From positions 32,001 to 96,000 of the forward strand of contig CAWAUM010000010.1 of NCBI GenBank assembly GCA_963785235.1: DNA of 64,000 nt, in the 5' to 3' direction. This DNA is from an uncultured delta proteobacterium. GTDB taxonomy: Bacteria; Desulfobacterota; Desulfomonilia; UBA1062. Under the pieces are notes generated by a model. The model was not told where the DNA came from and did no database searches. It saw only the letters and a list, made by a program, of their open reading frames with translations. This document shows positions 1-10,812 of this stretch, in pieces (within the stretch, counting starts at the first letter, position 1; each line of letters starts with the position of its first letter). The position numbers and the translations under genes were made by a program.

Positions 1-430
1 AGTCCACCTGGTTCCAGTAAAACCATGAATTGCGTTTCTGATCGAACACGAATAAAGGCTTGTTGCAGAGCTTGGCAAGCTCCGCGCCCCATCCTGTGCC
101 GCCCTTTACGGTCTTGTCATCCAGGATCTCTCCGATCACATAAATCTCCTGTCCGCTGTTCACCTGATACCAGATGCTCTGCAAGACCTTTCGGATAGTC
201 TGGTTTGTCGTGAACCTGCGATTCATCAATCGCGAGATATATTCCAGGCTCACATCGCCATTTTTCATCTCTTCATGATTCAGGACGCGCAGTCCCCTGC
301 CGCGGACTATGCTGTGTCCTTCAAAGGTGAAGTTCACTTCTTCTATTCCATAACGCTCTGCGTTGGCACCAAACTCTGCCTCGGCGCCTTTGATCCCGCC
401 GCTGAAAAGTATTGTCTCTTCTTTCTTCAT
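1..430 (-). CDS. Conserved hypothetical protein, SLOG-like (partial, runs off window start)
   Basis: Not in ORF track. Hand translation from ATG at 430 (RBS AAAGGA): MKKEETILFSGGIKGAEAEFG...KTVKGGTGWGAELAKLCNKPLFVFDQ, open to base 1. SGG..GA and GGTGW motifs resemble the SLOG fold. Confidence 0.75.
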   Translation of the reverse strand, partial: MKKEETILFSGGIKGAEAEFGANAERYGIEEVNFTFEGHSIVRGRGLRVLNHEEMKNGDVSLEYISRLMNRRFTTNQTIRKVLQSIWYQVNSGQEIYVIGEILDDKTVKGGTGWGAELAKLCNKPLFVFDQKRNSWFYWNQVD

Positions 431-630
431 ATTCATTCCTTTCTTCAGGCCCTGTATGTTTTTACCCTGGATGAAGCCCAGGTATAGCTTCAGGCAGGTT
501 TTACGAAGAACTGTTGCCTCTAGCATGCCCATCCATGTTTTAGAAGTATTATTTTCTTAATAGAAGTAATGACCTTTCATTAAATTGCAAGAATTGATAT
601 AAGGGAACGATTGCAATTGAAAGGGCATCC

Positions 631-2975
631 ATGAAAAAGATCGTCCATTTCTGTATTGATCACCCATATTGGGTCCTGGGGATACTAGCGGTCATCACCC
701 TCTTCTTTGCCCTCCAGATACCGAAGATCAAGATGGATTCGCGCGTCGAGGTCATGCTCAGGCATAATCACCCCGCAGTCAAGGTGTTCATCGAGAACAA
801 GGAATCCTTTGACCAGTATTCGAATATCGTTGTGGGCATGCTGCACACCGATATCTATAATCCAAGCTCCCTGGAAAAGCTCCACAAGGTGACCCAGGAG
901 ATAAGGCAGATAAAGGGTATAAAGAAGGTCACGTGCCTCTTGAATGCGAAGTACATCCAGGGCAGCGAATCGGGCCTGAATGTGTCACCCCTTGTCAAGG
1001 AAGGCTCTGTTCCCCAAACACCTGAAGAGATTGCCGCGTTGAAGGCCAAGGTCGACTCGTGGGACGTATACAAGGGTGCGCTCGTTACAAAGGACAACAA
1101 AGGGACAGCCATATCCATCGTGCTCGACAACAACATCGAGACGATCCAGATCATCCCCATGTACTTTACCATGGCAGGTATCCTGAAAAAATACGAAGGC
1201 CCGGAGAAATTCTTCATATCGGGCACCAAGGTCCTGGAGGCGCTCCAGAGCCACTACATGATCAAGGACCTCATCTTCCTGCCCCCCCTGGTGACCGTAG
1301 TCCTCCTCATATGCCTCTTCTTCTTTTTCAGGAATTTCAGCGGCATGCTCCTGCCCCTGCTCTCGGTGGGTATCGCCTGCCTGTGGACCTTCGGCATGAT
1401 GGCCCTGGCGAAGATCCCGCTGACCATGATCTCCACTGCCATGCCCGTGGCGCTCATGGCAGTGGGTGTGGGGTATGGAGTCCATGTGGTGGAGAATGTC
1501 TTTGCCGACTCGTCCGCAGGGAAAAAGGGCAAGTCCGAGATGAAGATCACCCTCATGAGGATAGCCATCCCGGTCGTCATCGCCGGCCTCACCGAGCTCA
1601 CCAGCTTCCTGTCCCTGTGCTCGTGGTGGGTTGTACCCCTGACCCAGTTCGGCATGTCATCCGCCTTCGGGTTCACCTGCGCCATGGTGCTCGTGCTCAC
1701 CTTTATCCCCGCTGATCCTGTCGCTGACCGACCGCGAAGACAAGATATATACCGCCCACCACCACACCAGGACCGACATTGTTGGCCCGATCCTGAAGCG
1801 TCTCTCCTACATAAGCCTCCACAAGAAGGGGTGGGTCTTCGCGATCTCCCTGGTGGTCTTCATTGCATCCTTCATGATGGGCAGGCACGTGAGGAGCGAC
1901 ATGAACCTGGCGGAAAACTTCAAGGAACGCAGCCCCATCAGATACGCGGACAAGATCCTGAACGACAATTTCGGGGGCACATCTCAGTACAACGTGGTCT
2001 TCAAGGGGAAGCAGGCAGACGATATCAAGGACCCTGCGGTGCTGAGGGCCATGGACAAACTCCAGAACGAGCTGAAGGGGATCGACGGGGTCGGCAAGGT
2101 TGTATCCGTTGTGGATTTCATCAAGCGGATGAACCAGTCCATGAATGGCGGCGACCCTGCCTTTTATACCATACCCGACTCCAAGGACCTTGTGGCCCAG
2201 TACCTGCTCCTCTATTCCTTTTCCGGCGGCGGCGATGAACTGGACACCTTTGTCACCTACGATTTCAAGGATGGGCAGATCCTGCTCCAGATGAAGTCCC
2301 AGAGCAGCTATCTGACACAGGATGTAGTTGATACGGTCAAGAGATTCGAAGACAAGGAGCAAGGGGATCCCCCAGGTGTCAGGGATCATTACTACAGGCC
2401 TTGCAATGCTCGCAAAAGAGTTCAACAAGGTTGTTGTTACGAGCCAGATCCAGAGCTTCATCTTCTCCTTCACCCTGTGCTTCTTCGTAACCGTGGGGAT
2501 CTTCCGCTCATTCAGGCTGGGTATCTACAGCATGGTGCCGCTCCTCATCCCCATTACCCTTGATTTCGGGCTCATGGGGTCTACAGGCATAAAGCTCAAT
2601 GCCGCAACCGCGACGGTAGCGAGCATCGATATCGGCCTGGGGATCGACTACTGCATCCATTTCCTTTCCAGATACCGTCATGAGATAAAGCTCGGCCGGT
2701 CAGTGGATGAGGCCATAGATTTCACCATGAACAGTGCAGGCAGGGCCATCATTTACAATGCCCTGGCCATCTCTGCAGGGTTCCTGGTCCTGGTGCCTTC
2801 TCAATTTTCGGTCATCTCCCAGATGGGCATCCTCGTGGCCGTGGATATGCTGACCATCGCCCTGTCTGCCCTTACCTTCCTGCCTGCCTGCATCAAGCTC
2901 TTTCCCCCGAAGATCCTCAAAGACACCTCGGATAAATACGTGGCCATAGACCCCTTGATGGAAGAACCCGGATAG
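631..2975 (+). CDS. MMPL/RND-family exporter (two frameshifts, ~1712 and ~2355)
   Basis: ORFs 631-2238, 1853-2563 and 2328-2975 join into two RND repeats (GVGYGVH; GLGIDYCIHFLSRYR). Likely sequencing indels. Confidence 0.85.
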
Positions 2976-3023
2976 GCTATCAAGGTAAGTATGACTTTAA
3001 CGAGATGGATGGAGGCATGAACC

Positions 3024-4395
3024 GTGAACCTAGATCCGTTAATCCTCTCCCGCATCCAATTCGCCTTTACCGTCTCCTTTCATATAATCTTTCCTTCCAT
3101 AACCATCGGATTATCCATATGGCTGGCGCTGCTTGAAGGGCTGCATCTGTCGACCGGCAACTCTCTCTACCAGAGGCTCTTCGATTTCTGGCTGAAGATC
3201 TTTGCGATCCTGTTCGCCATGGGTGTTGTCACCGGCATAGTCATGGCATTCCAGTTCGGCACCAACTGGAGCGTGATGTCGTCAAAGGCAGGATCCGTCA
3301 TGGGGCCCCTGCTCGGGTATGAGACCTTCACGGCATTCTTGCTCGAGGCGACTTTCCTCGGTGTTGTCCTCTACGGCCGCAACCGCGTGGCGCCGTGGTT
3401 CTATTTCTTTTCGTGCTGCATGCTGGCCTTTGGGGCAGTCCTGTCGTCCTTCTGGATACTGTGCAACAACAGCTGGATGCAGGTGCCGGTAGGTTATGAA
3501 ATCATTGACAGGCAAAATCGTGCCCACCGACTGGAAGGCAATCGTCTTTGGGCCCACCTTCATTGCCCGCTGGATTCACATGCTCCTGGCCTCATTGCTG
3601 ACCACCACCATGTGCATCATCGCTGCCGGGGCGTTCTACCTTCTCCGGGGTGTTCACCGCCAGGAGGCCCGGTTCATGATGAAATGGGGACTGGCTGTTA
3701 CCGCCATCCTCATCGTCACCCAGATCATCATCGGAGACATCAACGGCAAGCACATGTACACCTACCAGCCGGCCAAATTCGCGGCCGTTGAGGCCCGCTG
3801 GCAGCCGGAACACCCGGGCAGGCAACTGTGGTTCGCCATCCCTGACGAAAAGAACGAAAGGAACCTCTTCGAGATCACCACACCTTACCTCGGAAGCTGG
3901 TTCGCCACAGGAAGCTGGAGCGCACCTGTATCCGGGCTCAGCGATTTTCCCAAGCAGGACCACCCCCCGGTGCTCATCGTGTTTTTTGCCTTCCGTGCCA
4001 TGGTGGGCATCGGCCTTTTCATGCTTGGCATCAGCCTGTTGGGCCTGTTCCTGCTCGCCAGGGGGGGGCTTGAAACCTCGCGCTGGTTCCTCTGGGCCTC
4101 GTGCCTGGCCTTCCCGTCCGGATTTCTGGCCGTTCTCCTGGGCTGGTTCACCACAGAAATAGGGCGCCAGCCCTGGGTGGTATACGGCCTTCTGCGCACA
4201 TCCGACACGCTGACCCCGACACTGACCGGGGCAAACGTTCTCACCACCCTCATTGGCTATGCGATTGTATACTCCATGATCTTTTTCCCTGGGGCCTTCT
4301 CTGTTTATGGCCTGCTTCTCCAAGGACCAACTGGAGCTGAAGCTCATATCACGGCTGACGCAGTAACAGCCGGCACCACTAAGGCAAAGGAGTAA
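3024..4395 (+). CDS. cydA: Cytochrome bd quinol oxidase subunit I (frameshift ~3510)
   Basis: SRIQFAFTVSFHIIFP, FQFGTNW, NSWMQ, QPAKFAAVEA, FRAMVG and EIGRQPW motifs; one extra base near 3510 splits it. Confidence 0.95.
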
Positions 4396-4399
4396 TGTG

Positions 4400-5380
4400 A
4401 TGGGCGCAACCTGGCTTCCTGTCTTCTGGGCATCTCTGATTGCCTTTGCCATGCTCTTTTATGTCATTCTTGACGGTTATGACCTTGGAATCGGCATCCT
4501 GTCGGGCACTACCCGGGATGAGGATTTCAAGGATACCATGATGAGCGCCATCGCCCCATTCTGGAACGGAAACGAAGTCTGGTTAGTCCTCATCGGGGCC
4601 GGTCTCTTTGCAGTCTTTCCCATGGTCTATGCAATTTTTCTTCCCGCCTTCTACCTGCCCATGGCCCTTATGCTTATTGGGCTGATCTTCCGAGGTATCT
4701 CATTCGAATTCCGTTATCATGCAGGGCGCTACAGACGTTTCTGGGACTGGGGGTTCTGTTTCGGCTCCTTCATGGTAAGCCTTGTTCAAGGGATAGCCAT
4801 GGGAAGGATGGTCCAGGGGATCAGCGTTGTTAACGGGCAATATGCAGGGGGTGCATTCGACTGGCTGACTCCATTTTCTTTGTTCTGCGGTGTGGGTCTG
4901 GTAATCGGATATACGCTACTTGGTGCGGCCTGGCTGGTCTTCAAGACACAAGGCGATATACGCGATTGGGCCTATGACCAGTTGGGTTGGCTTCTTGCAG
5001 GGGTCCTTCTGGTTCTTGTGGTCGTCTTTGCCTACACCCTTGCCATCCATCCTCGTGTGCGGGATCGCTTTTTTGAAGACATGTGGCTTATGATATTCCC
5101 GCTGATCATAGTCCTTTCATCCATCAGCCTGTGGACAGGGGTAAAGAGAAGGCTTGATTGGGTCCCATACGGGATGGCCGTTGTCATCTTCTTTGCCGCA
5201 TTCCTGGCCCTGGAGGCCAGCTTCTGGCCTTATCTGATTCCATTCACCGTTACGATTGAAACGGCAGCGGCCCCTATAGAGTCGCTTCGATTCCTCTTCT
5301 ATGGGGCAGGGATAGTGCTCTTCCCTGTTATCTTATTCTACACCGGCATGGTTTACTGGATAATGCGGGGAAAGGTTTAA
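4400..5380 (+). CDS. cydB: Cytochrome bd quinol oxidase subunit II
   Basis: YVILDGYDLGIG, PFWNGNEVWL, FRGISFEFR; follows cydA with RBS AAGGAG. Confidence 0.95.
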   Translation: MGATWLPVFWASLIAFAMLFYVILDGYDLGIGILSGTTRDEDFKDTMMSAIAPFWNGNEVWLVLIGAGLFAVFPMVYAIFLPAFYLPMALMLIGLIFRGISFEFRYHAGRYRRFWDWGFCFGSFMVSLVQGIAMGRMVQGISVVNGQYAGGAFDWLTPFSLFCGVGLVIGYTLLGAAWLVFKTQGDIRDWAYDQLGWLLAGVLLVLVVVFAYTLAIHPRVRDRFFEDMWLMIFPLIIVLSSISLWTGVKRRLDWVPYGMAVVIFFAAFLALEASFWPYLIPFTVTIETAAAPIESLRFLFYGAGIVLFPVILFYTGMVYWIMRGKV

Positions 5381-5381
5381 C

Positions 5382-6527
5382 TTGCAAGCGAACCCGCCTC
5401 TTCTTCTTATAGCCGGGGCCGGAGGTGCTACAGGCTCTACCGTTGCCGCCGCCATTGCAGCAATGAAGGAAGACCCTGATAAAATGCTGCCCTGGCTGAC
5501 TACGAGCCACTGGTTTAAGGACCGGGACCTCCTGAGAGGCATGGAACTTGCCGGATGGGATGTAACCCCTCGAACCCTTGGGCAGGCAATCGAGTACCAT
5601 GGGGTTCTCCCCCCTGAGAAATATCTTTCCTGCCTGGAACATCTTGGCAAGTTTCCCATACGCCGCGCACCGGGCAATGATTTACCTCTTCATAAACAGG
5701 TGGAGCACCTCATAAGGGATATCCAAGATTTCAAGGGCCTCTTCCCGGATACCCACCCTGTTCTTGTCAATCTGCTTCCGGCAAGCAGCGTAATGGACCT
5801 TCAGGAATTCAAAGCCATCGATGAAATCTATTCTCAGGCCGATGTGCTGAACTTCCCTGATCTGGCCTATGTCCTTGCTGCCATATCTACAGGCACGCCT
5901 GTCGTGAACTTCACATCAAATTGCATCGAGTTGCCACTGATTGCCCAGGAGGCTCTTAATGCAGGGGTTCCCTTGTGCGGCCGCGACGGGAAGACCGGCC
6001 AGACCTATCTGAAGGTGGTGCTCGCCTCGGCACTGAAGGCACGTGGCCTGCAGGTGGATGGATGGTACAGTCTGAATATCCTTGGTAATGAAGACGGCAG
6101 GAACCTTGCTGACCCCGATAAGGCGGCAGGCAAGATCTCCAATAAAACAGAGCTGCTCGAAGATATTCTGGGATACCGGGTTGGTCATCAATATGGTGCG
6201 CCCTCCCATAAGGTTACAATCGATTATTATCCCCCCCGTGGGGACTGCAAAGAGGCCTGGGATGTCATTGACTTTACCGGGCTGTTCGGCATGCCCATGA
6301 GCCTCAGGTTGAATCTGCAGGCCCGCGACTCTATTCTGGCAGGGCCCATGATCATTGACCTGGCATGGTGGATGGTGGTCGTGCATATGGCCAAACGGCC
6401 CGGCCTGGTGCCGGAGCTGGGATTCTATTTCAAGAAACCCACAGGTGCTAATCCGCCAGTTACCTTTCAGGATCAGCTCGCTGCGCTTCAGAGCCTGGAA
6501 AATGATTGCCGGGAGATAATCCATTGA
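5382..6527 (+). CDS. myo-inositol-1-phosphate synthase family protein
   Basis: Rossmann GAGGATG, GWD, GRDGKTGQT, WYSLNILGNEDG, DYYPPRGDCKEAWD, RDSILAGP, FYFKKP; TTG start 1 nt after the cydB stop. Confidence 0.9.
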   Translation: MQANPPLLLIAGAGGATGSTVAAAIAAMKEDPDKMLPWLTTSHWFKDRDLLRGMELAGWDVTPRTLGQAIEYHGVLPPEKYLSCLEHLGKFPIRRAPGNDLPLHKQVEHLIRDIQDFKGLFPDTHPVLVNLLPASSVMDLQEFKAIDEIYSQADVLNFPDLAYVLAAISTGTPVVNFTSNCIELPLIAQEALNAGVPLCGRDGKTGQTYLKVVLASALKARGLQVDGWYSLNILGNEDGRNLADPDKAAGKISNKTELLEDILGYRVGHQYGAPSHKVTIDYYPPRGDCKEAWDVIDFTGLFGMPMSLRLNLQARDSILAGPMIIDLAWWMVVVHMAKRPGLVPELGFYFKKPTGANPPVTFQDQLAALQSLENDCREIIH

Positions 6528-7396
6528 AACTCGGATACAGCACGAACGCATTCATAAATTATTCATTATTCGATGCAATCGACATGATCGCCAAGCTGGG
6601 TTTCGGCGGGGTAGAAATCATGGCGGACCGCCCCCATCTCTACCCCCAGGACTGGGAGCCGGAAGGCCTCAAACGGCTCAAAAATCTGATTCATGAAAAA
6701 AGACTCCGGATTACCAACCTGAACAGCTTCACCCTGTTCGCCGTGGGCGACACCTACCTTCCCTCCTGGATAGAGCCCATGAAAGAGAGAAGGGAGATCA
6801 GGATCCAACACACCCTTGAATGCCTGAAGCTGGCATCTTATCTGGGGTGCAGCAATATCTCCGTTCCTCCAGGAGGCCCTTTGACCGGCATGTCCCGCAA
6901 GGAGGCCATGACCCTTTTCCATGACGGCATGGAAAGGGTTATACCCCTGGCAGAACAGCTTCAGGTAAAGATCCTTGTGGAACCGGAGCCTGACCTGCTT
7001 CTGGAAAATACCCGGCAGTTCAAGGAATTCATTCAGGAAACAGCATCGAAGTATCTCGGGCTCAATTTCGATATCGGTCATTTCTTCTGCGCCGGTGAAG
7101 ACGTATGCCGGGCCTTTCACGAACTTTTGCCCTGGACGGGGCATGTCCATATTGAAGATATTGCCCATAACCGCCGTCATTACCACCTTATCCCGGGCCT
7201 CGGGGCCATTGATTTTCACAACATCCTCAAGGTCATCCTCAAATCAGGCTATAAGGGTGATATCAGCCTGGAACTCTACACCTATGCGGACATGCCAGTG
7301 GAGGCCGGCCAGGAGAGCCTGAGCTTTCTCCTTCCCCTCTTTCAGGAAGCGGGGTTTGACCTTATGGCCATGCGCAGAGAAAGGCATCAAACATGA
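6524..7396 (+). CDS. Sugar-phosphate isomerase/epimerase (xylose-isomerase-like TIM barrel)
   Basis: TTG start overlaps upstream stop (TTGA), RBS GGAG; metal motifs EPEP, FDIGH, HVHIED, H..PG.G, ISLELY. Confidence 0.88.
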   Translation: MKLGYSTNAFINYSLFDAIDMIAKLGFGGVEIMADRPHLYPQDWEPEGLKRLKNLIHEKRLRITNLNSFTLFAVGDTYLPSWIEPMKERREIRIQHTLECLKLASYLGCSNISVPPGGPLTGMSRKEAMTLFHDGMERVIPLAEQLQVKILVEPEPDLLLENTRQFKEFIQETASKYLGLNFDIGHFFCAGEDVCRAFHELLPWTGHVHIEDIAHNRRHYHLIPGLGAIDFHNILKVILKSGYKGDISLELYTYADMPVEAGQESLSFLLPLFQEAGFDLMAMRRERHQT

Positions 7397-7441
7397 AGAA
7401 CAGGAGAATCGTAGCCTTGAAAATTTCAAACCCTCTCAACA

Positions 7442-8216
7442 ATGATTCAAAACTATCTGGAAATGAACCTGATAAAAGAACGGCCTGTTCCGGTTCGCGC
7501 ACGGTTACCTCTCCAGGATAAGGCCCGATACGTTCTCAGGCACTTCACCACCATAGCCAACAAGTATGATTTCATGAATACCATCCTCAGCCTCGGACTC
7601 CACTACCTCTGGAAACGGCTATCCGTAAAGGCCTTGGGGTTGAAAACCGGCGACCGGGTAATCGACGTGTGCGGGGGTACAGGGGATCTTTCGATACTGG
7701 CGGCAAAGGCCATTGGTCCTCATGGACGGGTGACTCTCTATGACATCAACCGCGCCATGATGGAAGGCGGCAAGCCAAAGGTAGCAAAGGCATCGCTTAC
7801 AGAGCGAATCCACTTTGTCCAGGGAGATGCTGAGTTCATGTCTTTCCCCGAAGGTTCTTTTGATGCAGCCATGGTGGGCTTTGGTGTTCGAAACCTCACA
7901 GACATGGACAAAGGCCTTCAAGAGATGTACCGGGTCCTCAAGCCGGGGGGGAAGATGATGTGCCTGGAATTCTCCATACCCACCTCTTTGTGGTTCCGGT
8001 TCCTCTATGATTTCTATTCTTTTCAACTCATGCCCCTGGCGGGCAAACTCCTGGCGGGAAACAGCGAGGCCTATCTCTATCTTCCCGAGTCCATACGGAA
8101 GTTCCCTGCACCGGATGCTTTCGCAGCCAAGATGACGGATACCGGGTTTTACCCGGGTGACCTTCCGAAGGCTTACCAATGGTATTGCGGTTATCTATAT
8201 CGGGGTTAAACAATGA
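7442..8216 (+). CDS. ubiE: UbiE/MenG-family quinone C-methyltransferase (frameshift at 8147-8150)
   Basis: KYDFMNTILSLGLH..WK, DVCGGTGD, FGVRN, CLEFS, AYLYLPESI. Removing one T restores the end TRVTFRRLTNGIAVIYIGVKQ*, whose stop overlaps the next ATG (ATGA). Confidence 0.9.
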
Positions 8217-8806
8217 AACTCAACTGGGCGGAGCGCATGGCGGTGAACAACCCCCTTCGACCACTGCAGCAGCGCCTGGAGCTCACGCTGCTGAAAAGGC
8301 ACATACCGCTGAAGCCCGGTTTGCGCATTCTGGAAATCGGGTGCGGAAGAGGGGCCGGTGCGCGTCTCATAAGAAACATATTCCATCCATCCCACATCCA
8401 TGCCACAGACCTGGATGTGGAGATGATCCGGATGGCACATACCTACCTTAGCCCTGAAGACCGCACCGGCATCGACTTCTGTGTTGCCGATGCCGCCATG
8501 CTCCCCTTCCCTGAGCGCTCCATGGACGCGGTGTTCGGTTTCGGGGTTCTGCACCATGTCCCTGACTGGCAGTCTGCACTCAGTGAGGTGGTCAGGGTCC
8601 TGAAGCCGGGCGGCATATACTTTTTCGAAGAGCTCTTTCCAACGCTCTACCAGAACTTCATAACAAAGCACATCCTCCTACACCCAAAGGAGAACCGTTT
8701 CAAGAGCCATGAGCTGAAGAAGACGATGAAACGATCAGGTCTTGTGCTTGGAAAATATTTTGAGATACGGCTTATAGAGATATTCGGAGTAGCTCAGAAA
8801 AACTAG
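8213..8806 (+). CDS. Class I SAM-dependent methyltransferase
   Basis: ILEIGCGRG, DAAMLPF, LHHVPDW, RVLKPGG. Confidence 0.9.
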   Translation: MKLNWAERMAVNNPLRPLQQRLELTLLKRHIPLKPGLRILEIGCGRGAGARLIRNIFHPSHIHATDLDVEMIRMAHTYLSPEDRTGIDFCVADAAMLPFPERSMDAVFGFGVLHHVPDWQSALSEVVRVLKPGGIYFFEELFPTLYQNFITKHILLHPKENRFKSHELKKTMKRSGLVLGKYFEIRLIEIFGVAQKN

Positions 8807-8907
8807 CTCTTTTCTGCTTTGTTCATGTTTATCATTGAATATTATCGAAGAGATCAATAGTATTAGAAAATCGAGCCCTGTGATAAGATACCGTTTAAGG
8901 AGGGCAT

Positions 8908-10518
8908 ATGTCCTCGAACAGGGTGCCGCTTGATGAGATCCTTTCTCCCGATGAATGCCGGATTATTGATGCCTACGCATCCGGTAATCAAGGTGAGGAT
9001 GTCTTACCCGGCATAGTTGAATTCCTCAGGATGAACTTTTCAATGAGGATCGATGTCGACCCTGACATCATTGACAGCTACAAGACCGACAGTTCCAACC
9101 TGACCGGGAATGCTTCAGCCCTCGCAAGGCCATCTGATGAACGTGAATGCGCTATTATCCTTCGCATGTGCCAGTCGTCCCGAATGCCAGTCACTCTATC
9201 CGCCGGCCGCTCGAACCTCACGGGTAGCGCCACCCCACCAGATGGGATGATTGTCTCCCTCTCAGAGATGAAAACTCCTGGAATACAGGTCAACAATATC
9301 GCAAAATCGGTTGTCAGCCCTGTAGGAATTATTTTCGAAGACATGAGGAAGTCCGTGCTTGAACAAAGTGAAGGGAAACTCTTCTTTCCCATAGACCCGA
9401 CGAGCCGTTGTGATGCCATGGTCGGTGGCGCCATTGCATGCAATGCCTCCGGGTTCACACCGGGAGAGACCGGTGCCATGCGTTCCTGGGTTCGATCTCT
9501 CCGGATCCTCCTTATGAACGGCATGGGCATTACCGCCAGGCGCGGTCAATATGTCTCCGAGGATGGGATGTTTCTATTCACTCATGGATCACAGGAGCTT
9601 GCTGTTCCCGTTCCCAGGTACTCAAGGCCATCGATAAAAAATGCAAGCGGTCCGTATTCCAACTCGAACGGCAGTGTCGACCTTGTCGATCTGATAATTG
9701 GCAGCGAAGGGATATTTGCACTGGTGACCGAATGCACTCTGGCATTGTCCGATCATCCGCGTGAATATCTCGATCTGTTCCTCTCTCTGCCCGATGAGTC
9801 TGATGCCCTGAATCTTCTGGTTTATCTCTCCGGAAGGCTGCCGGAGGAGTTTTCATTGCTCAGTGCTTTTGAATATTTCGGTCCGAATTGCAGGAGATAT
9901 ATGGACCACGAACACCGGCTTTTTAGGACCGACCATGCTGTTGGTGTCTATATACAGGTCCCCTTGCACAATGAGCCACTGGAGCAATCAGCGGCGAAAT
10001 GGCTTGGGATCCTCCAGGATGCCCCATGCCGGATCCAGGAGGATGCCATCATGATTCTTCTGACGGATCGTGACAGGGCGATCTTTTTCGAAGCCCGCCA
10101 CTCCTTGCCGGCACGTTCGCTTGAAGTAGTAACAAGGCGCGGCACCCATACTATCATGACCGATACGGTTGTCCCGTTGGCGGGGTTTGCAGAGTTCCTT
10201 GAATACACCCATGCCCTCATCCTTTCGGAAGGGTTCGATTACCTCGTCTTCGGTCACCTGGGCGACTGTCATCTCCATTTCATGATCCTCCCGGAAAAAG
10301 ACCAGCTACGCCGTGGGGTGGATGTGTACGACAGAATCATAGAAAAGTCCTCAACCCTGGGAGGTGTCTACTCGGGCGAGCACGGCACGGGTAAGAGGAA
10401 ACGAGGCGATTTCCTGAAATGTTATGGTGCCCAGGCAGCAGAACAGGTCCTGGCAACAAAATGTGTATTCGACCCCCTGCTTCTCCTCAACCGTGGCAAT
10501 GTCATAGCATCTCCTTAA
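8908..10518 (+). CDS. FAD-binding oxidoreductase (GlcD/D-lactate dehydrogenase-like, PCMH fold)
   Basis: SAGRSNLTGSA, DPTS, GGAIACNASG, GSEG, FGHLGDCHLH, SGEHGTG, DP..LLNRG; RBS AAGGAGG. Confidence 0.88.
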   Translation: MSSNRVPLDEILSPDECRIIDAYASGNQGEDVLPGIVEFLRMNFSMRIDVDPDIIDSYKTDSSNLTGNASALARPSDERECAIILRMCQSSRMPVTLSAGRSNLTGSATPPDGMIVSLSEMKTPGIQVNNIAKSVVSPVGIIFEDMRKSVLEQSEGKLFFPIDPTSRCDAMVGGAIACNASGFTPGETGAMRSWVRSLRILLMNGMGITARRGQYVSEDGMFLFTHGSQELAVPVPRYSRPSIKNASGPYSNSNGSVDLVDLIIGSEGIFALVTECTLALSDHPREYLDLFLSLPDESDALNLLVYLSGRLPEEFSLLSAFEYFGPNCRRYMDHEHRLFRTDHAVGVYIQVPLHNEPLEQSAAKWLGILQDAPCRIQEDAIMILLTDRDRAIFFEARHSLPARSLEVVTRRGTHTIMTDTVVPLAGFAEFLEYTHALILSEGFDYLVFGHLGDCHLHFMILPEKDQLRRGVDVYDRIIEKSSTLGGVYSGEHGTGKRKRGDFLKCYGAQAAEQVLATKCVFDPLLLLNRGNVIASP

Positions 10519-10812
10519 GGCACAATACTTCTTAGATCCTCACGTCATTTAACCGCTTTTCACTGGCACAGTCCATCAGATGTCATTATACAAAACCGAT
10601 GATCTCAAATATAATCTATGATGAATCAGGCCAGATCTGAGTATAACACATAGCACGAACTCATCAGTTTCTCCGCACTTGTGGAACCGTTGAGTATGGA
10701 CAGCAATTTATCGGAATAAGCTACTCTTTGACGTAGCAAGGTTAAAAAAATACATTGTCTTATCGAGTAAATAATGAGTTTCAGCCTATCAAAGACTACC
10801 GCCCTTCAAAAC

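Noticed and set aside
5382-7396. Standard ebo cluster or phosphatidylinositol/DIP synthesis locus
   Set aside because: No EboA, TatD, EboF, CDP-alcohol phosphotransferase or cytidylyltransferase recognised in the window.
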